A DNA stretch of 25,469 nucleotides from a virus (IMGVR_UViG_3300017700_000351:1-25469); one strand, 5' to 3'; shown: positions 1-9,668, counted from the stretch's first letter. A program made the numbers and translations. The notes: generated by a model from the letters alone, not told the origin.

Positions 1-2547
1 CTTGAGCGAGTCGATCCAGCTCACCTGCCCGTTGTCAATGGCGCTCGCGTTGACGAACTGCTGCATCCCCGACGTGAGCGTGTTGATGTACTGATCGCGC
101 GCCTGCACGAGCTGGGAGAGCACGCCGTTTTCCTTCTCGTACACGGCGTTCGCCGCCGTCAGCGTGGACTCCAGTTGCGGGATCAGCACCGCGTACCGTG
201 CCTCGATGGATCGGGCGGTCGCCTCCGCAGCCTTGTCGAGCGCGTCGTACTTCGCCCCGATACTCTCCTGCAACACGGCGTAGCTCGCGTCGAGTGCGGT
301 GATGTCGGCGGCGATCTTCGCCCGCGCCTGCATGAGCCCGATCTGCGTCTCAGTCATCGCCTTGAGCGCGGCGCGCTGGCTCTCACCCTCCGCGAGCAGA
401 GCCTTAGACACCTTCTTGCTCGTGCCAGGAACCTCAGACAGAGCCTTGTAGTAGTCGCGCAGGGACGCGTCGAGCTGATCGTAGGCGGAGATCGCGGACC
501 CGATATCCCCAGTGCTACCGAAGGCTTTCATTATGTTCGAGGGCTCCCCGAACTTCTGTTCGGTCGCCTCCCGGATTTCCTTGTACGACGTGGCGGCGGC
601 GGTGATCTTCTCGGTAACTACGTCAAGGATTTTCTTGACAGCCTCCAGCGCTTTCTTTGCAGCCTCCGCAGCCTTGTCCGCCGTCGATGCTCCGGTGTTG
701 CCGCCGGGCGGGTCCGGAAGCTCGGGGAGGTCGTAATCGTGTTGCTTCCCAGGCTTTTTCGGCGGCTTGGCACCGTAGAAATCGCCCCACGCGTTAGCCT
801 CGTCCGAGCCCGTCGCGTACTGATCGACGTTCGTGGTCGGTGCGTCACCGCCCAGGAACTTCACGTGCTCGATGTGCGAGATATCCGAGCCGCCTTGCAG
901 GAAATCGGGCAGTTTGTTGAACGCGTCAATCAGGGAGTTAATGAGGTCGATGGCCTTATTGACCCCGGACTCAATCCAGCCGACCACCTGCTGCATCGCG
1001 CCGCCCACGATGGACGGAAGGTTCGCGAACACGCGCCCGATGGTCTGCGCGATGCCCTTGATGAATTCACCCACCGGCCCCAGGTGATCGACCACCCAGC
1101 CCGCGACGGCCACGAGCGCCTTGAACGCGGCGATCACCACGTTCACGATGACGGTGCCCACCATGCGGAAGATCGTGAACAGGACTTGGAAGTATTTGAT
1201 GACCACGAGCGCGACGTTCGCGAGCACCTGCCACCACTTCGCGAGGATCTGCAAGTAGTTCGCGAGGACGTTGCCGACGAACTCCGCGATAGTGCGGAAC
1301 AGGTCGCTGATCCCCTGCGTTTTCTCCCCGGCCTTGTCGGTCTGCCCGGTCAGCTGCTTCCACGCTGACATGAGCGCTCCACCGATGGCGGTGGCGATTT
1401 GCTTGACGGTGGCGACGAGCTGAGCCCACGCCTTGCGCAGAGCCTCACTGCGGTCGTACACCATCTTGATCGCGACGACGACAACCGCGAGGGTCGCGAC
1501 GATGGCCGCACCGACGAGGACGTACGGGTTAGCGAGCACCGCTAGGTTGAGCTTGACCTGAGCCACCCACGCCGCTTTCAGCCCTTGCTTGAGGGTGTTC
1601 ATTATCGACGTGGCGAAACTGAGAGTCTTGTACGCGGCGAACGCGGTCAGTGCGGCGGCGGCGATGGCGAGCAGGTACGGGGCGATGGTCGCGAGCCCGG
1701 CGGCAGCTTTCTCCGCGTACGGGCCGATCATCGTGAGCAGCGACGCAACCCGCTCCCCGACCTGATTGAGCGAGTCGAGCAGTGAGCGCCCCACCGATTC
1801 CTTGAACTCGCCCCAGGCTGCACCCATCCGCTGCGTGCCGGTGACCGTCGCGGCAGCTACTCCGCCTACTTGCTTCTCGATGGCATTGAGGACGAGGTTC
1901 TGCGCCTTGGCTACCTTCCCCTCCTCCACCATCGACTTAATGCGTTCCTTCTGCGCGGCGGAGAACGTCACACCGGCGCGGCCCAGCGACGCGAGCCCCT
2001 TGACCGGATCCTGCAATGCCTTCCCGAGCTGCACCGCGTTCGTCGCGGCGGTCCCGAACCCGGTGGCCGCGAGGTCAAAGGCCGCTTTCGTAGTGCGGTC
2101 GAACGCCCCACCCTGCTCATTGATCGTCACGGTGAGGTTGCGGAACGTCATCAGCTTCGCTTGCACGGCCTTGATGTCGTCGTCATCCATGCCGATCTTC
2201 TGCCCGAGGGCAGCGGCATATTCCTTCACCCGTTTCGTGACGCCCGCGTACACCCCGTCCACGAGGCCCATCGACTTCGCTACCTGCTCCAGCCGCTTGT
2301 CATTGACGAGCGACTCCTGCGCGGCAGCGATGGACCCCTTGACGAACTGGAACACCCCGCGAGCGGCCTGGAGGGCGATCAGGCCAGCGGCGGCGTACTT
2401 GGCTGCTGATGCACCGGCAGCCTTCCCAGCGGCCACGGCGGAGCGCGTCATCGCGTCCTGTGCGGCCTCCGTGCGCTGGAACCCGCGAACCGCATCACCC
2501 TCGTCGGTGGTGAGAACGAACGCAATCGGTGGGAGCTGGGAGCTCAT
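1..2547 (-). CDS. Tape measure protein (3' end beyond window)
   Basis: Manual translation: ATG at 2547 overlaps the upstream stop (ATGA); open frame of 849 codons to the window edge (MSSQLPPIAFVLTTDEGDAVRGFQR...AVQLGKALQDPVKGLASLGRAGVTFS...LANPYVLVGAAIVA...). Ala/Gly-rich helical protein with hydrophobic stretches, at the end of the tail operon. Confidence 0.93.
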   Translation of the reverse strand, partial: MSSQLPPIAFVLTTDEGDAVRGFQRTEAAQDAMTRSAVAAGKAAGASAAKYAAAGLIALQAARGVFQFVKGSIAAAQESLVNDKRLEQVAKSMGLVDGVYAGVTKRVKEYAAALGQKIGMDDDDIKAVQAKLMTFRNLTVTINEQGGAFDRTTKAAFDLAATGFGTAATNAVQLGKALQDPVKGLASLGRAGVTFSAAQKERIKSMVEEGKVAKAQNLVLNAIEKQVGGVAAATVTGTQRMGAAWGEFKESVGRSLLDSLNQVGERVASLLTMIGPYAEKAAAGLATIAPYLLAIAAAALTAFAAYKTLSFATSIMNTLKQGLKAAWVAQVKLNLAVLANPYVLVGAAIVATLAVVVVAIKMVYDRSEALRKAWAQLVATVKQIATAIGGALMSAWKQLTGQTDKAGEKTQGISDLFRTIAEFVGNVLANYLQILAKWWQVLANVALVVIKYFQVLFTIFRMVGTVIVNVVIAAFKALVAVAGWVVDHLGPVGEFIKGIAQTIGRVFANLPSIVGGAMQQVVGWIESGVNKAIDLINSLIDAFNKLPDFLQGGSDISHIEHVKFLGGDAPTTNVDQYATGSDEANAWGDFYGAKPPKKPGKQHDYDLPELPDPPGGNTGASTADKAAEAAKKALEAVKKILDVVTEKITAAATSYKEIREATEQKFGEPSNIMKAFGSTGDIGSAISAYDQLDASLRDYYKALSEVPGTSKKVSKALLAEGESQRAALKAMTETQIGLMQARAKIAADITALDASYAVLQESIGAKYDALDKAAEATARSIEARYAVLIPQLESTLTAANAVYEKENGVLSQLVQARDQYINTLTSGMQQFVNASAIDNGQVSWIDSLK

Positions 2548-3011
2548 GGCAGCAGCCTCTCCAGGACACCGACGTACGCAGTGCGGGCGTCATCGCCGTA
2601 CCGCTCGAACGTGCGTTCCATGAACGGATGCTGGGCATCCAGGCGGCGGGAGTAGATCGTGTGCGGACCCACCGATATCTCGAACCCGTCACCGGAGCGG
2701 CGCACACGTGAGCGGCTCACAGATGCGCGAGTAGCGCCCGTGAAGATGCCGGGAGGCCCGCCGGGACCACCGGGGGATGGCCCGAGCCACCGCTTAGACC
2801 GCTCACCCTTACGCGGCCCCCGCGAGATCGTGACCATCGCGGCGGGTGTCTTGCCCTGCGCGCCGAGAGTGACCTTGAGTCCACGCTCCAGCACGGCACC
2901 GCCAGCCATGAGAGCGGCCTGCTGGGCGCGGAACTTGATGAGGTCAGTGACCTGCTCGAACTTCGCACGAGCGGCGGAGTCGTTCACTCGAATCGTGAAC
3001 TTGCCGGTCAC
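2544..3011 (-). CDS. HK97 gp10-like tail/neck completion protein
   Basis: Basic 155-aa protein with PPGIFTGATRASV...VGPHTIYSRRLD...PFM pattern resembling the HK97 gp10 family; GTGA overlap upstream and ATGA overlap downstream. Confidence 0.7.
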   Translation of the reverse strand: MTGKFTIRVNDSAARAKFEQVTDLIKFRAQQAALMAGGAVLERGLKVTLGAQGKTPAAMVTISRGPRKGERSKRWLGPSPGGPGGPPGIFTGATRASVSRSRVRRSGDGFEISVGPHTIYSRRLDAQHPFMERTFERYGDDARTAYVGVLERLLP

Positions 3012-3693
3012 TTGCTCCTCTCATTCTCCGCCCCGATTCGCTGATTCTCGATCTCCAGGTACCAATCTAACTTCACCGCAGGGGTTTCATCTATCTCCGC
3101 CACGGTCCAGCCGGTGAGCTTGATGAGCAGGTACTCGCGGAACTCCGGCGCTAGAGGGTGCTTTGGGTCGGGCTCTCCTCCACCGAATGCCCAGCGGATT
3201 CGTCTGAGTTCCCGATAGTTGCTTTTGGGTCCGGGTCAACCCCGAACGACGGCATGAGCTCCATCGCCATCGGTGACACGATCTTGAGGATCGCGTCGTA
3301 GTCCTCGCCGGGGAGCGTGCCGAGCGTCTCCATCGAAATCGGGATGAACCTGTCTTCCGCGACTCCAGTGAACTCCCAGGCACCGTTGTCGTGCGGGTTC
3401 GGCTTACCCTTGAATGACCACTCACGCACGAGCGCGACCGCGATCAGGTCGTTATAGCGGTAGAGCGCCTGCATCAACTCATCGTCAATGCCCACCACCC
3501 CGCCGGGTTCCCCGAGCTGAGCCCGGAGCTCTGCGGCCTTCACCGCGTCGTCGGCCTGCTGTGCAACCTTCCCCATGTCCGCCATCTGCGACATGATCGG
3601 GCGACGCAGCTTCTCCGGCACGAGACGCGGCTCCCGCAGCTCGATCCAGCCGTTCGGAGTGACGTGGTGCCCGGTGTTGTTCGACTCGCTCAT
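3008..3693 (-). CDS. Tail assembly chaperone, -1 frameshift product (gpGT-like)
   Basis: After C CCA AAA the -1 frame reads SNYRELRRIRWAFGGGEPDPKHPLAPEFREYLLIKLTGWTVAEIDETPAVKLDWYLEIENQRIGAENERSK and stops at 3008, overlapping the next GTG (GTGA). It fills an otherwise empty gap. Confidence 0.85.
3151..3693 (-). CDS. Tail assembly chaperone (gpG-like, unshifted product)
   Basis: Directly follows the major tail gene; 180 aa with LVREWSF...ETLGTLPGEDYDAI; carries an in-register slippery heptamer near its 3' end. Confidence 0.8.
   Translation of the reverse strand: MSESNNTGHHVTPNGWIELREPRLVPEKLRRPIMSQMADMGKVAQQADDAVKAAELRAQLGEPGGVVGIDDELMQALYRYNDLIAVALVREWSFKGKPNPHDNGAWEFTGVAEDRFIPISMETLGTLPGEDYDAILKIVSPMAMELMPSFGVDPDPKATIGNSDESAGHSVEESPTQSTL
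3223..3229 (-). other. Programmed -1 ribosomal frameshift site CCCAAAA
   Basis: X XXY YYZ heptamer C CCA AAA in the correct codon register (GAC CCA AAA GCA). Confidence 0.8.
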
Positions 3694-3741
3694 GTGCCGC
3701 CCGTCCTGTCTGATTGATGGGATCCTGCCGTGCCGTCACGT

Positions 3742-4743
3742 CTAGGCGTAGGTGCCTGACGCCTTCGCATTCTTGAGGGTGACCTTGACCGGGGAGTGCC
3801 CGGCGCTCGCGCCCGCGTCCGTCGTGTTCGCGACACCCTTGAACGGAACAGTGAGCTCCAGCCAGTCCTTGCTCCGCTCGATCTTCGCCTGACCGATGAA
3901 CGCGCATTTGGTCATGTTGAACATGATCTGCGTGGCGGTCGAGCCTGAGCCCTGGGAGAAATCGAGCTGGAGCGCGGGCTGCGTGTTCGAGAGGTAGTAC
4001 TGCAATTGAACGTCCGACTCGAACACGAGCGTCAGGTTGCCGTCGCACATGACCGGCCCCGCGAACAGCTGGTAAGGGCGCTGATTGCCGTCAACCGTGA
4101 AGATCGGGGTCACGGGTCGGGCGATCTTGATGTTGCCCTCACTCATCTGCGCGTTCACCGACGCGGCGAGCGTGGTGACACCGACCCACGCGGCGGTCGG
4201 GGCGACCGCGCTGAACGAAGGTGTCGGGTTCGCGACCGTTGCCGACGCGTAGCCCTTCGCCTTGGCGGTGAACGTCATCAGCCCATCGGCGGAAAACTTC
4301 GTGTCCACCTCAGAGAACTGGCAGCCCGCGAATACGCGGGTGTTCGCGGAGCCCAGGCCGTAGTAGTCGGACAGTGAGTACGTGACCGGCTGCCCGTTGC
4401 TCGCCTGCGAGTTGAGCACGCTGATGACGTGGGTGTACGCGATTGACGCCGCGCCCGTGGTGGCGACATCACCGAGCAGGCCGACCATCGGGTACCCGAA
4501 CGTGTCCGCGAACACGTCGCCCGACAGGTCATGCTCCGAAAAGATGTTGCCCTGGATCTCGCCGTAGTTCTCGACCATCGAGCCACGGATGCCGAGATCC
4601 TCCAGATAGGACACGTTGTCCACGGGGCTGTAGGAAGTCCACGGGATGAAATCGGTGGCCGCGACCGACGCCGGGGCCGCGCCCGGAGTGGGGCGGGTTT
4701 CCTTGGCGATGCCGAGAAAACTGCGATTCTTGGGGATCGACAT
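3742..4743 (-). CDS. Major tail (tube) protein
   Basis: 333 aa, N-terminal FLGIAKET...G motif, beta-rich and Ser/Thr/Ala-rich; positioned just upstream of the chaperone. Confidence 0.88.
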   Translation of the reverse strand: MSIPKNRSFLGIAKETRPTPGAAPASVAATDFIPWTSYSPVDNVSYLEDLGIRGSMVENYGEIQGNIFSEHDLSGDVFADTFGYPMVGLLGDVATTGAASIAYTHVISVLNSQASNGQPVTYSLSDYYGLGSANTRVFAGCQFSEVDTKFSADGLMTFTAKAKGYASATVANPTPSFSAVAPTAAWVGVTTLAASVNAQMSEGNIKIARPVTPIFTVDGNQRPYQLFAGPVMCDGNLTLVFESDVQLQYYLSNTQPALQLDFSQGSGSTATQIMFNMTKCAFIGQAKIERSKDWLELTVPFKGVANTTDAGASAGHSPVKVTLKNAKASGTYA

Positions 4744-5087
4744 TACGCGCCCTCTCCAGAGCTCTCGGTGCTGCCGGACTCTCCGGCCTCATCGCCTGCG
4801 TTGTCGCCCGTCTGCTCCGCCTCTGCGTCTGCTACATCCTCCGCCGCCGCGTCCACTGCGTCGGCCTCCGCCTCGTCGTCCAGCTCGGCGGTCGGCTTGG
4901 GCTCGATCACGCGCCCGTCCGCATCGAGCGGGTGCAGGCCCGCGATGAACGGGTCCGCGTCGAGCTCGATGATCGCGCCCGCCTCCAGCTCCAGCCCGAG
5001 CGTCGGATACGTGCGCGATTCCAGGCTCATCAGCCTGACCGTGCCCGCGTCGGACACTGCTGCCGCCCTTGCTCGTGGCTTTCCCAT
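4743..5087 (-). CDS. Hypothetical acidic protein in tail operon
   Basis: 114 aa, D/E/A-rich C-terminus; TAATG coupling to the tail tube gene. Confidence 0.7.
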   Translation of the reverse strand: MGKPRARAAAVSDAGTVRLMSLESRTYPTLGLELEAGAIIELDADPFIAGLHPLDADGRVIEPKPTAELDDEAEADAVDAAAEDVADAEAEQTGDNAGDEAGESGSTESSGEGA

Positions 5088-5100
5088 GTGCGCACCCTAT

Positions 5101-5622
5101 CTAAGAGTTGAGGATTTGGGACACGTCGAAACGCAGGTATCCCCAAATCTCGGTTGCCCCGGTGCCGGTCAGCACCGGATCCTCGTACTCGGCGTTGATC
5201 TGATCCTCCGCCGCCTGGAAGATCCGCAGCGGCCCGTCCTGCGATTCACTGCCCGATGGGTCAGTGCCCAGGGTGTGATCTGAGCGCAGGCGATCCTTGA
5301 GGGCGTCCACGATCACGTCGAACGAATCCATTGCGTCCTCCGCGAGCTGCTCGACGGAGTGGCAGTACAGCTGGAGCACCACGTCGTACGTGATGCGTTT
5401 CTTACCCGAGTGAGCGCCACCGATTCCGATGCGCTCCTCCCGCTCGCTGATGAGGTGGACGACGCAGGCGCAGTTCGTTTCCACGCCCGGATCGAGCAGC
5501 TCCGTACGCCGGTCCCCGGTCAGGATCTTCGGCCTCGCCCGGATCACGACGTTCGGCCCGCCCGTGTACGCCTGCGGGTCGATGAACGCGGTGACCGCCG
5601 CGCGCACGAACGCGCGAGTCAT
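5101..5622 (-). CDS. Probable tail terminator/completion protein
   Basis: 173 aa alpha/beta pattern (YDVVLQLYC...DSFDVIVDALKDRLRSDHTLG); position between adaptor and tail tube; ATGA coupled. Confidence 0.6.
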   Translation of the reverse strand: MTRAFVRAAVTAFIDPQAYTGGPNVVIRARPKILTGDRRTELLDPGVETNCACVVHLISEREERIGIGGAHSGKKRITYDVVLQLYCHSVEQLAEDAMDSFDVIVDALKDRLRSDHTLGTDPSGSESQDGPLRIFQAAEDQINAEYEDPVLTGTGATEIWGYLRFDVSQILNS

Positions 5623-6512
5623 CGGATTCGCTTGAAATCAGCGAGCATCGACGTAGCCGAGTCGAACACGCCCTGCGCCGCGATGTTCTCGGTTTGGATC
5701 CGCGCCGGTCCGCTCATCGTCTCCATCACGAGAGACGCGTTGCCGCGCGAGATAATCAGCCCGCTCGTCATGTTGATAGCGGCCTGTTTGATGACCGGCG
5801 GCAGCACCGTCACCGGGATCGCGGTGGCATAACTCGCGCGGGTGGTGGCGGCGCTGAGGGTCAGGTTCCCCGGCCCGGTCGCTGGGACGTAGGAGGAGCC
5901 CACTATCAGGGTGTCCGTGTAGTCCTCGCCGTATACGGTGATGTGCTGGCCGGGGACGAACCCGGTGAGCTCATCGAGCGGCAGGTTCGTCGCACCGGCG
6001 GCAACGGACGCGGTGAGCGATGCGTTGCCGTAGCCGTTCACGTACGTGACGGCCACGAACTGCTCACCCGACCCGCGCCACCCGTTGAGCTGGAGCGGCC
6101 CCTCGCTCGTGCTGAACGGCGCGTACGGCTGGCAGATGATCTGCTGCTGCTCGATCCAGATTTGGGTCAGGTCGAGCGCGGTCATCTGATTCGGGTTCGG
6201 GCCGACGACGATCTCATTGACCTGCACGATGGGCCAATAGCGCGGGTGGATGATGAGCTCACCTTGCGGGTTCACGCGGACCCGTAGCGCCTCCGTGTCC
6301 GTGGTCGCGCCGATCACCTGATGGCAGATTTGATCCATCCAGCTCGACGCGCGGCGGATGACGTTCCCCAGTGCGTTGTCCTGGATGGCCTGCGAGCCGC
6401 CGCCGATGAGATCCGTGAGATCGACCGCCGTGGGCGCTTGCTTGTACTCAGCCGCCGTCAGGTAGGGCCGACTCCACTGAGTCGATGTCTGCGCGATGGC
6501 TGGAGTGCTCAC
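5619..6512 (-). CDS. Head-to-tail adaptor with large beta-rich insertion
   Basis: Start moved to GTG 6512 (GTGA overlap). PYLTAAEY...IRRASSWMDQIC N-terminus and LPPVIKQAAINM...SMLADFKR C-terminus match the gp6/gp15-type adaptor pattern; 297 aa. Confidence 0.75.
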   Translation of the reverse strand: MSTPAIAQTSTQWSRPYLTAAEYKQAPTAVDLTDLIGGGSQAIQDNALGNVIRRASSWMDQICHQVIGATTDTEALRVRVNPQGELIIHPRYWPIVQVNEIVVGPNPNQMTALDLTQIWIEQQQIICQPYAPFSTSEGPLQLNGWRGSGEQFVAVTYVNGYGNASLTASVAAGATNLPLDELTGFVPGQHITVYGEDYTDTLIVGSSYVPATGPGNLTLSAATTRASYATAIPVTVLPPVIKQAAINMTSGLIISRGNASLVMETMSGPARIQTENIAAQGVFDSATSMLADFKRIR

Positions 6513-6760
6513 TCGCAGTTCCCTCCGCAGCGTCCGCACACCTTGAAATATCCATGAAACCCGCACGAGCCACACACCCGAGCGGTGGCCTTGTCAACGC
6601 CGCCCAGGCTGGCCGGGACGAACCCGGCATCCCTGAGTGTCTTGATGTCCTGCGCGTGCTCGACGGTCGCGACCCGCCCGTACGCCCGCTCCCGGCCCGA
6701 CCGCATATCGCGGATCACCGTCTCCCGCTGCGCGTCCCCAGGTCCGACCATGCGAGTCAT
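6509..6760 (-). CDS. Small double-CxxC Zn-ribbon protein following the capsid gene
   Basis: ATG 6760 after GGAAAGGGA; 83 aa ending CGSCGFHGYFKVCGRCGGNCE. Confidence 0.75.
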   Translation of the reverse strand: MTRMVGPGDAQRETVIRDMRSGRERAYGRVATVEHAQDIKTLRDAGFVPASLGGVDKATARVCGSCGFHGYFKVCGRCGGNCE

Positions 6761-6788
6761 GCTGTCCCTTTCCGCCGTTCGGGATGTG

Positions 6789-6831
6789 CTGCGTGGGGGG
6801 CCGGACGGGCGGCGCACAGCCCCCCACGCAG
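6789..6831 (-). terminator. Strong hairpin after major capsid gene (terminator or mRNA stabiliser)
   Basis: Perfect 13-bp inverted repeat CTGCGTGGGGGGC / GCCCCCCACGCAG with 17-nt loop; no U-tract. Confidence 0.6.
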
Positions 6832-6847
6832 ATCGAGAGAGAACGCC

Positions 6848-8533
6848 TTAGTAGGCGATCCCGTTGATGCCGCCGCACCACGCGGGTGCGTAGCAGATGA
6901 ACGTCCCGAACCAGTAGGAGCTCTGCTGGTACTGGAAGTCGATCACCGGCCAGTTCACGCCCATGTAATCCTGGACGTTCCGCGCTTCCCACACCGAACC
7001 CACGTTCGAGTCCGGGATGGGCAGCTGCCACGTCATCAGCGCGGCGTTGCCCTGCGGCATGAACGGGTGAACCGTGAGGTCCACCACGTCGCCCGTGATT
7101 TCGTTCTGGATGGCGGTGACCACGCCGCCCATCGTCGCGCCCGTGATCTCGTCCTGCGAGATCGTGAAGCGGTACGCGTTGACGGAGCTCGACTGGAGCA
7201 GGTCCGACAGGGTGCGACGGTCATGCCCGGCCATGATGACTTCCTTGGGCCGGGCCTGATTCGCGGCCCACATCGCCTCGAACGCGGTCTGGAACTCGAC
7301 GCCGGGGATGCTGGCATTCCAGTTCGCGTTCAAGGTGGCGCGGTATCCGCTGTTCGCCCCGAGGACGATGGGCAGGATGCCGTCGTACCCGGCGGCGAAT
7401 GCCGACGTGTCGGCAGCGGCCACGGAAGCGGCAGCCGTCGCAGTCGGGAGAGCGCCGGTCAGGCGGAACACCCGCGAGCCGGTGCGACCCGCGTAGAACG
7501 CGGAGCCCGTGCCTGGGTTCGAGCCGCCAGTGCCGACGTACACCCGGTACCCGAGGGCACCGACGACAGCCGGGATCGTGACGACGACGACGCCCGTAGG
7601 CGCTGCAATCGACGCGACAGCACTGAGCGAGCTCTGGCCGAAATCGCCAGCGTCAGCGGTCACGTAGATGTACAGATTCGTGGTTGCGCCGCTGATGTTC
7701 GTCTCACCCGACGCCGCAGCAGCGGACGCGAGGGTGGGAGTGCCCGGTGCGGCGAGAGCGCCCAGGAAATTCGAGTCGGTGCCCCGACCCATGAGCAGCA
7801 TCCGCTCCTCCAGCAACATCGAGCTGTAGAGCAGGGCGGCGGCGGACAGCGAGCGGGGATCCTGGAATCCCTGACCCGCGAACCCAGCGGCCCACGTCAC
7901 CGAATCGGAGACGCCGAACTGCTCGTACGGGACGATCTTGTCACCACCCGCGTAGCTGATCTTCGCGCCACGGTTGAACGCCTGCACCGATGCGCCACCG
8001 GGAGGCGCAAAGTTGTTCTGCGTCGCCTCAGTGATGCCGGGGTGGAACACGCCCACGCCGCCGGTGCCCGAGCCGGTGATCCCAGTGATGACCTTGTAAC
8101 GCGCCGCGAGGCCGATGCCCTTCGTGCGGGGGATCCGGTTGCGCAGCGGCGTGTCGGTCGGCACAAGGAACTTGGCCGGTGCCTGGAGGTCGAACGGGAC
8201 GAGGCCCGTGCTGACCGGGGAGCTCGTGGTGATGTCCTTCTGCGCGTCGAGCTGGGTGCGCAGATTCTCCATCGCGTCGGCACCCATGAACTTCACGACA
8301 TCGGGGGATGCGAGCGCCTTCTCCATCAGCGCGACGCCGCTGTTCTGCTGCTCGTAGATCCCCGCACCGAGCGCCGGGGAAATGGCGGCGATGTCGGGGG
8401 CCGGGGTGAACTGGCGGGCATCGCCCGCAGCGACGGACTTGTTCACCGCGTCGGTGAAACCGTCCCATTCCTTGCTGATCTCGGCGGGCGTGCGGCCCTT
8501 GCCGAACAGCTGATCCTTTGCGGGCAGACCCAT
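6848..8533 (-). CDS. Major capsid protein
   Basis: 561 aa, strong RBS GAGGAG, follows protease/scaffold; TGLVPFDLQAPAKFLVPTDTPLRNRIPR and VHPFMPQG segments resemble HK97-fold capsid proteins. Confidence 0.88.
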   Translation of the reverse strand: MGLPAKDQLFGKGRTPAEISKEWDGFTDAVNKSVAAGDARQFTPAPDIAAISPALGAGIYEQQNSGVALMEKALASPDVVKFMGADAMENLRTQLDAQKDITTSSPVSTGLVPFDLQAPAKFLVPTDTPLRNRIPRTKGIGLAARYKVITGITGSGTGGVGVFHPGITEATQNNFAPPGGASVQAFNRGAKISYAGGDKIVPYEQFGVSDSVTWAAGFAGQGFQDPRSLSAAALLYSSMLLEERMLLMGRGTDSNFLGALAAPGTPTLASAAAASGETNISGATTNLYIYVTADAGDFGQSSLSAVASIAAPTGVVVVTIPAVVGALGYRVYVGTGGSNPGTGSAFYAGRTGSRVFRLTGALPTATAAASVAAADTSAFAAGYDGILPIVLGANSGYRATLNANWNASIPGVEFQTAFEAMWAANQARPKEVIMAGHDRRTLSDLLQSSSVNAYRFTISQDEITGATMGGVVTAIQNEITGDVVDLTVHPFMPQGNAALMTWQLPIPDSNVGSVWEARNVQDYMGVNWPVIDFQYQQSSYWFGTFICYAPAWCGGINGIAY

Positions 8534-8590
8534 GACGAACTCCTCAGTTCTAGGGATTGAGTCGAGCAGTGATTGGAGGGTGAGCTCGGC

Positions 8591-9616
8591 TTACTTGTGG
8601 AGGTCGCGGTCGATGGCTGCGATCCGGTCGCGGTAACCCTCAGCCAGAACGCGGTCAGTCGTCTCCGCTGACTTTGTGACGAGATCCGCACGCTCAGCCT
8701 TGAGCGCATCCTCGCGTGACGTGTCCTCACTCGTCCGCGCGGCCTTGCTCGTGTTCGTGCGTGCCGGTCGTGCGACTGCCTTCTCCACCTTGCCGACGCG
8801 AGTTTCCATCGCCTTGTCGGCCTCAGCCTTGGAGCTCAGCAGGTCCAGGATCTTCGCGATCCCTGCTGCTACGGACGCGAGTGTAACCTCCTCCGCGCCC
8901 TCCTCGTCGGCGGACTCGCCTTCCGGCGCGTCGCCCTTGTCGTCGTCGGCCTCGTCGGCGCTTTCAACGTCGTCGTCGGCCCCGTCGTCGCCAGCCTCAT
9001 CAGCTGCGGCGTCCACGGCCTCGTCGTCCACCTTGGACTCCTCCGCGCCCGCGACACAATCGGCACACACCCCGTCAGCGTTGAGCTCTGCGCTCTTGCC
9101 GCACTTCGCGCAATCATCCATATCCGAGTCACCCTTTTCGATGAGGTTCTCCACTTGCAGGACGGTCCCGCCAGCGGCCTTCGCGAGCTGTAGTACGCAG
9201 GCCGGGTTCGCGGGACGGTCCACGAGGGACACCTCCACGATTTCCCCGCCGATGATCCGCCCGCCCCGTGCCACCTTGTCCGCGACGACACGCACGTTGC
9301 GGATCCCGACACTGAAACCCTTGAGCACCTTGGCGAGCACCTTGGCGACCGAACCCGGATCGACCACGTGCGCGGTGATGATGTGCTGCTCGCCGCTTAC
9401 CTGGTAGTCGGTTGCGACACCGGCGGCGATGCCGTCGTGCATTTCGCGGACGTTGCCGTACTTGAACCATTCCGGCATCGCGCCCTTGAGCCACTCGGGA
9501 TCGCAAATCTGCTCATCGGAATCCACCGTGGGATCGGTCGCGATACCCGTGACTGTCAGGGTGCCGTCGTCGCGCTTGTCGATCTTGATGATCTCGGCAT
9601 ACAGCGTCGTGTCCAT
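8591..9616 (-). CDS. Prohead protease fused to scaffold
   Basis: VTGIATDPTVDSDEQI, NVREMH, KGFSVG, EVSLVDRPANP are HK97-type prohead protease motifs; followed by CxxC..CxxC, an acidic tract and a helical C-terminus. Confidence 0.9.
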   Translation of the reverse strand: MDTTLYAEIIKIDKRDDGTLTVTGIATDPTVDSDEQICDPEWLKGAMPEWFKYGNVREMHDGIAAGVATDYQVSGEQHIITAHVVDPGSVAKVLAKVLKGFSVGIRNVRVVADKVARGGRIIGGEIVEVSLVDRPANPACVLQLAKAAGGTVLQVENLIEKGDSDMDDCAKCGKSAELNADGVCADCVAGAEESKVDDEAVDAAADEAGDDGADDDVESADEADDDKGDAPEGESADEEGAEEVTLASVAAGIAKILDLLSSKAEADKAMETRVGKVEKAVARPARTNTSKAARTSEDTSREDALKAERADLVTKSAETTDRVLAEGYRDRIAAIDRDLHK

Positions 9617-9668
9617 GCGGCTCCCCGGTCGGCGGTTGAGCGCATCGTACAGCCCGGAGCATGGACGA

